A DNA stretch of 12,464 bases, taken from Myxococcota bacterium. Lineage in GTDB: Bacteria > Myxococcota > JACRCW01. The notes under the pieces were generated by a model. It worked only from the letters and a program-made list of their open reading frames with translations, ran no database searches and had not been told where the DNA came from. The stretch is taken from positions 1 to 12,464 of the forward strand of contig JBFMGU010000299.1 of assembly GCA_040752415.1 (NCBI GenBank), read 5' to 3'. Each line of letters opens with the position of its first letter. Positions within the stretch are counted from its first letter, which is position 1. Position numbers and translations under genes: made by a program. Below, one piece after another: positions 8,339 to 12,464 of this stretch.

Positions 8339-9687
8339 ATGTCACGCGGATCTGGGCGCCATCAGCCGTGCCCATGCGGGAGCGGCAAGAAGTTCACGGC
8401 GTGTCACGGGAAAGCCGACGAGAGCGCCGGGGCCAGCCCGCAGGCGTTGGCCAACGAGACCCACGCCATCGACATCAGGTTGCTTGAACGGATCCTCAAA
8501 CACGCGAAGTCGCGCCTGGGGCCCGCGCGGCTGGTCAGCGTGTTCGACGAGGTCGTCGCGGCGTTCGGCGAGGACTCCGAGGGCGCGGAACAGATCGTGG
8601 CGCCGCTCGCGCTGTTCGCGATGCAGCCCGGAGGCGCCGCCCCCTGGCAGCGCAGTACCTCGCGGAGCATGGGTCCGCGCTCACCGAACGCGAACGAAGC
8701 TGGCTGGAAGCCCAGTTGGCGGCGCATCTCTCCGTGTGGGAGGTGCAGGACGTTGCGCCGGGACAGTGGCTGGACCTCAAGGACCTCTTCACCGGTGAAA
8801 CCCGTCGCGTCCACGAGGTCCGCGGGTCCCGCGTGGCGACCAGGCGCATGTGCCTGCTGACGCGCGTTGCCGACTGGGCGGGGATCTCCCTGCTGGCCGG
8901 CGTGCACCCGAACCCGCTGCCGCCCGAGCCAGGCGCCGGCGTCGTGGCGGAAATACGCACGTGCCTCGGCGCAAAGAAGAAGCCCGTGCCCCTCAGCAAG
9001 CTCCGGGACCCGGAAACCGCGCTGGACTTGCTCACGCTCTGGGGGAACGTGGTGGCTGCGCTGGACCGGCGGCCACCACCGACGATGGTCAACATGGACG
9101 GGGACCCGCTGCTCTTCACCGCGGACCACTTCCGCATTGCGCCCGGCGAGCATGATGCGCTGCTGCGCGACCTGGAGCGCATCCCGGGAGTGGAGCAGGG
9201 CGACGAGGGCAATCTCGTGTTCACGCGCAAGCCCAAGGCGAAGGGCGCGGGATTGGACAACGTGATCGTCGGCCACGCGCGTGTGGAGAAGGACGAGCTG
9301 ATCCTGGAGTCGAATTCCGTCCAGCGCGCGGATTGGTTGCGCGAGACGGTGGAGGGACGCGCGGGGACGCGGGTGACCTTCCGGGCGCGGACGCACCAGG
9401 ACCCGATGTCGTCGAACGGGGAGCGCAAGAAGCGCGCACCGCCACAGCCTCCACCGCCGGAACTGCGGGCCGCCATCCTCCAGCTCAGAGCGGAGCACTA
9501 CCGGAAGTGGCCGGATGTGCCGCTTCCCGCGCTGAAGGGAAAGACGCCGCGGGAGGCGGTGAAGCAGCGCGGGGGGCGCGAGAAGGTGGAGCAGTTGCTC
9601 AAGGAGATGGAGTCCATAGAGGCGGGGATGCCGGAGGGGGATCGGTTTGACTTCGCCGTGATTCGGAGAGAGTTGGGATTCTTCTAG
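8339..9687 (+). CDS. SEC-C zinc-binding motif protein with C-terminal Xre/MbcA/ParS-antitoxin-like helical domain, split by a 1-nt frameshift in the C-run 8640-8644
   Basis: GGAGGT RBS (8330-8335), ATG 8339, then GRHQPCPCGSGKKFTACHG (SEC-C). Adding one C to GCC GCC CCC TGG gives ...APLAAQYLAEHGSALTERERSWLEAQLAAHLSVWEV, in frame with ORF 8716-9687. The C-terminus HYRKWPDVPLPALKGKTPREAV...KVEQLLKEME resembles the WxxxPxPALxGxTP signature of Xre/MbcA/ParS C-terminal domains. Confidence 0.8.
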
Positions 9688-9723
9688 AATTGCAGTCGGC
9701 CAGCCAGCGCCGTTCAGATCACG

Positions 9724-12411
9724 TTACCGGATTGTCCTAGTCGGGAATAATGGCGGCAACGGTTTCCACTTCTTCCGCAGATCGGGATCGAGTGGGTCAT
9801 TGTGAAACAACCGTAACTCACCGACCGGCAAGGTTGCACACACCACATCGTCTTGTCCTCGCGATATCAGTCGGCATCCATCGCGCTCCCACTGCGCTTG
9901 TCGAGGTGTACGCACCCGGCAGTCGGAATAGGTGCCGTTATTCGCGACTCCGACAAATGCGTGAATCTCGAGCGCTGATGACTGAACGAAGTGCTCGAAG
10001 CTCGACGTATCCTTGTTCCATGCTGGCACGAAGAGAAGGTCAACGGCGCCAACCAACTGCGCTCGTGTGGCGAGTTCCATCAGTTCGCTGCAGATCAGAG
10101 GGATGAAGCAACCGTGCTCACTGCTGACTGTGATAAATCGGGTGGAAGGGTCGGGTGCGCTGAAGCCCACGCCTCTTCGTGTCAGCTGCTCTGCCTCCTC
10201 TCGGGCTGGACGACCCTTGTGCCACACCCACCAGGCACATGAGTGAAATGGGCGCGGAAGGTAGACAAACGCGTCGTTGAAAGCCCTGGTCCCAACCATG
10301 CGGTATTCACGTCCGGCGAGAAGGCCCAATGACGATTTCGCGAGGAATCGGCAAATGCCCCTTACCCAAGTCCGGGGAACGGACAGCTCGGGTAGCACAA
10401 GAATAGACGGGAGTTCGTCTCCTCGCTGGGACTCCTCCAGCGACCGATTCAGAACCCTCGCGAGACCGTCAAGGCGATCTCTCCCGTAGTGCGGATTTGA
10501 CAGCGACGCTTCCCACCACGAATCCCTTAGGCAAAGGTTACCCAAGATAACCTTGGTGGAGTCGGGGCTGGGAGTGCCTGGAACGCCATCTGGTGGAGCA
10601 ACTATGCGCGGTCCATCTCTGCGCATGGTAGGTCGGAAGTATCGAGTGCCCCGAATGGCGTTCAGGACAGGCAGTACCTTCTCAGGGTCATTTCCACCAT
10701 GTATCCATCGAGAAAGGATGTCAAAGTACGACGGCGGACGCACCATCAAGGCAAGCTGAACTTCGCTCATCCAATCATACACGTCGTCCCGAATCGAGTG
10801 GCAGATCCCCAGAAATGTCTTGTACGGTCCCGCTCTTGCCTGAAACTCTGGGTCTCTCTGTAGCGAGCGCCTAAGTCCATCGGCCACATGCGCGTGGATG
10901 CGAAGCTTGGGCGCTTGTTGGCCTAGGTCAGTCTCCCAGTCCAAGAGCCGAAGATCAGCTCGCCTGAGGCGTCGCGCATGGGCCACCAGAGTACTTTCAT
11001 CGTGTCGTTTGCGATCGGCTATCCATCCATGGGGTAGCGTGCTCCGTCTCAACAGTGACCGCCGGGTGCGGTCGAGGGGCATTGCAGCACAAACCTGCTC
11101 AAGAACGCGCGCCTCAAACCATGAAGTAAGGCGACGGCGTGACGATGGCCCCTCCAGCCGATCCTCACCCCAGTAGATCGGAAAGTTTTCGGCGTCCTTC
11201 GCAGACAAGAGCGCGATGCGTGCTGATAGACGGGAGAGGATACGACTTGACGATTCGTCGTCGCAGGCGACCAGCGTTGCGGCGAGAATCCGCATTGCTG
11301 TGTCAAAGAAGTCTATCCATCGGGACCAATCGGTGGCGAGTTCTGCCGCGGCCTGAAGATGTTCAGACGCGTATCGCGCTGCCTCGTGCGGTGGAAGAAA
11401 CGTAGCAGCGTTCACAACTTTGTCCGCGGCCGTGCCCACTGCGAGCCGCTTTAGGCTAAGAGCATCTGCATCGCGTAGACTGCGAGCCCGCTCTCCGTCT
11501 TGGCTTTGAAGAACGGCCACATCTATGTCACCCGTTCGAGGATCGAGGAACCGCCGCCGCTCACTGGATAGCTTGCGCAGTTCAGCGTCAACCGCATCCA
11601 CATAGGCTCGCGCCTCTGGCCCTTGCAGATCGAAGACGCGGACTTTGGTCGGTTGCACCCAGAGGTCGCTGCCGGGACGTTTCAATGTTTCCGCATCTAG
11701 GACCATTCTGGATGATGCGGAGTCTCGGAGTGGCACGAGGCGCGCGACGACGTCCCTTACTTTGTTCGACTCGTCCGCAGGAACCGACTCGACGAACACA
11801 ATATCGTCAACGTACCTCGCGTAGTGCACTACCGTCGGCAATGCCATGGCGCGACGGTCCAACTCAACCAGGGCGAGGTTGGCAACGACCCTTGAGGTGA
11901 GAGCCCCTATGGGTATGCCGATCTGGCGTTCGACCCTCAAAATGCGCTTAACTTGGATTCGAAAGCGCTGGTAGGCACGAAGCAAGCCATGTGTGGTCGA
12001 CTTATATAGGACGGGATCAAATCTCAGGTTCTGCCGACGTGCGTGCGACTCCAGTGCGTCGACAAATTCATCATCGACCAAGAACGACGGGTCGATACAG
12101 TCGTAGAAGGAGGCGAGATCAAGCGTTGTTAGCAGACAACGCTGGTGAGCGCCGACATACCCGTCCAGGATCTTGGTTGCAGCTCGCAGCGCGCCCTCTC
12201 GAAATGATCGGAAGGCGGGGGCCCAATAGTTGAACAGGCGAGAACCTCCGATATGCATCTCGGGTTCGGTCGAGCTTTGGTTCCGGCTAAGACGAAGACG
12301 ATTACCCAAGCATTCCCGGCCGAGAATGGAGTCCAAGCATGTGTGTCCGGATAGCAGAGGCCATGGAACTCTAACAATAACGCGCACATAGTCCGTTCGA
12401 GACCACGCCAC
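9724..12411 (-). CDS. Reverse transcriptase-nitrilase (carbon-nitrogen hydrolase) fusion; UG1/UG5/UG6-class, DRT1-like defence-associated RT; probably 5'-partial
   Basis: RT motifs: GNRLR, DLASFY (12103-12120), GIPIGALTSRVVANLAL (GIPIG 11905-11919), YARYVDD (YVDD 11803-11814) and QPTK. C-terminal nitrilase triad: LPELSVP (Glu 10387-10389), WHKGRPAREE (Lys 10216-10218) and LICSEL (Cys 10090-10092), plus PAWNKD and ANNGTYSDCRVRTP. The frame has no stop between 12411 and the window end, so the true start may lie outside. Confidence 0.92.
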   Translation of the reverse strand: MAWSRTDYVRVIVRVPWPLLSGHTCLDSILGRECLGNRLRLSRNQSSTEPEMHIGGSRLFNYWAPAFRSFREGALRAATKILDGYVGAHQRCLLTTLDLASFYDCIDPSFLVDDEFVDALESHARRQNLRFDPVLYKSTTHGLLRAYQRFRIQVKRILRVERQIGIPIGALTSRVVANLALVELDRRAMALPTVVHYARYVDDIVFVESVPADESNKVRDVVARLVPLRDSASSRMVLDAETLKRPGSDLWVQPTKVRVFDLQGPEARAYVDAVDAELRKLSSERRRFLDPRTGDIDVAVLQSQDGERARSLRDADALSLKRLAVGTAADKVVNAATFLPPHEAARYASEHLQAAAELATDWSRWIDFFDTAMRILAATLVACDDESSSRILSRLSARIALLSAKDAENFPIYWGEDRLEGPSSRRRLTSWFEARVLEQVCAAMPLDRTRRSLLRRSTLPHGWIADRKRHDESTLVAHARRLRRADLRLLDWETDLGQQAPKLRIHAHVADGLRRSLQRDPEFQARAGPYKTFLGICHSIRDDVYDWMSEVQLALMVRPPSYFDILSRWIHGGNDPEKVLPVLNAIRGTRYFRPTMRRDGPRIVAPPDGVPGTPSPDSTKVILGNLCLRDSWWEASLSNPHYGRDRLDGLARVLNRSLEESQRGDELPSILVLPELSVPRTWVRGICRFLAKSSLGLLAGREYRMVGTRAFNDAFVYLPRPFHSCAWWVWHKGRPAREEAEQLTRRGVGFSAPDPSTRFITVSSEHGCFIPLICSELMELATRAQLVGAVDLLFVPAWNKDTSSFEHFVQSSALEIHAFVGVANNGTYSDCRVRTPRQAQWERDGCRLISRGQDDVVCATLPVGELRLFHNDPLDPDLRKKWKPLPPLFPTRTIR

Positions 12412-12464
12412 TGCTGAATGAAGCGCGCATGGTCTCGTCGGAGGTGAAGGAACTAAAACTTTCT

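Noticed and set aside
8404..9498. Two long minus-strand ORFs opposite the SEC-C gene
   Set aside because: Shadow frames with no motifs. The plus strand has the RBS and domain signatures.
9724..12411. Interpretation of the RT as a group II intron, retron, DGR or CRISPR-associated RT
   Set aside because: No maturase/HNH domain, retron VTG motif, template/variable repeat pair, cas genes or array is seen. The nitrilase fusion points to the UG/Abi class.
1..12464. CRISPR arrays, tRNA/rRNA genes, transposases or integrases
   Set aside because: No regularly spaced repeats, cloverleaf or rRNA-like sequence, or recombinase motifs were found by eye.

Overview
GC-rich bacterial DNA, probably Myxococcota/Deltaproteobacteria-like (inference from gene content and codon style). 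Left to right: a REP-like palindromic element and hairpin; a minus-strand thiolase resembling mitochondrial ACAA2; a divergent single-chain aconitase/isopropylmalate-dehydratase-family enzyme with the swivel domain first; a coupled three-gene sensing cassette (single-domain receiver, Tat-exported solute-binding protein with a 1-nt frameshift, dCache-HAMP histidine kinase) with no transporter; and a SEC-C / Xre-MbcA-ParS-like protein, also with a 1-nt frameshift. At the right end is a lower-GC, convergent reverse transcriptase fused to a nitrilase domain with an intact E-K-C triad (UG1/UG5/UG6 class, DRT1-like antiphage RT). Its reading frame is open to the window edge. The RT-nitrilase is the most notable element. 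The frameshifts fall in C-runs and look like long-read homopolymer errors.
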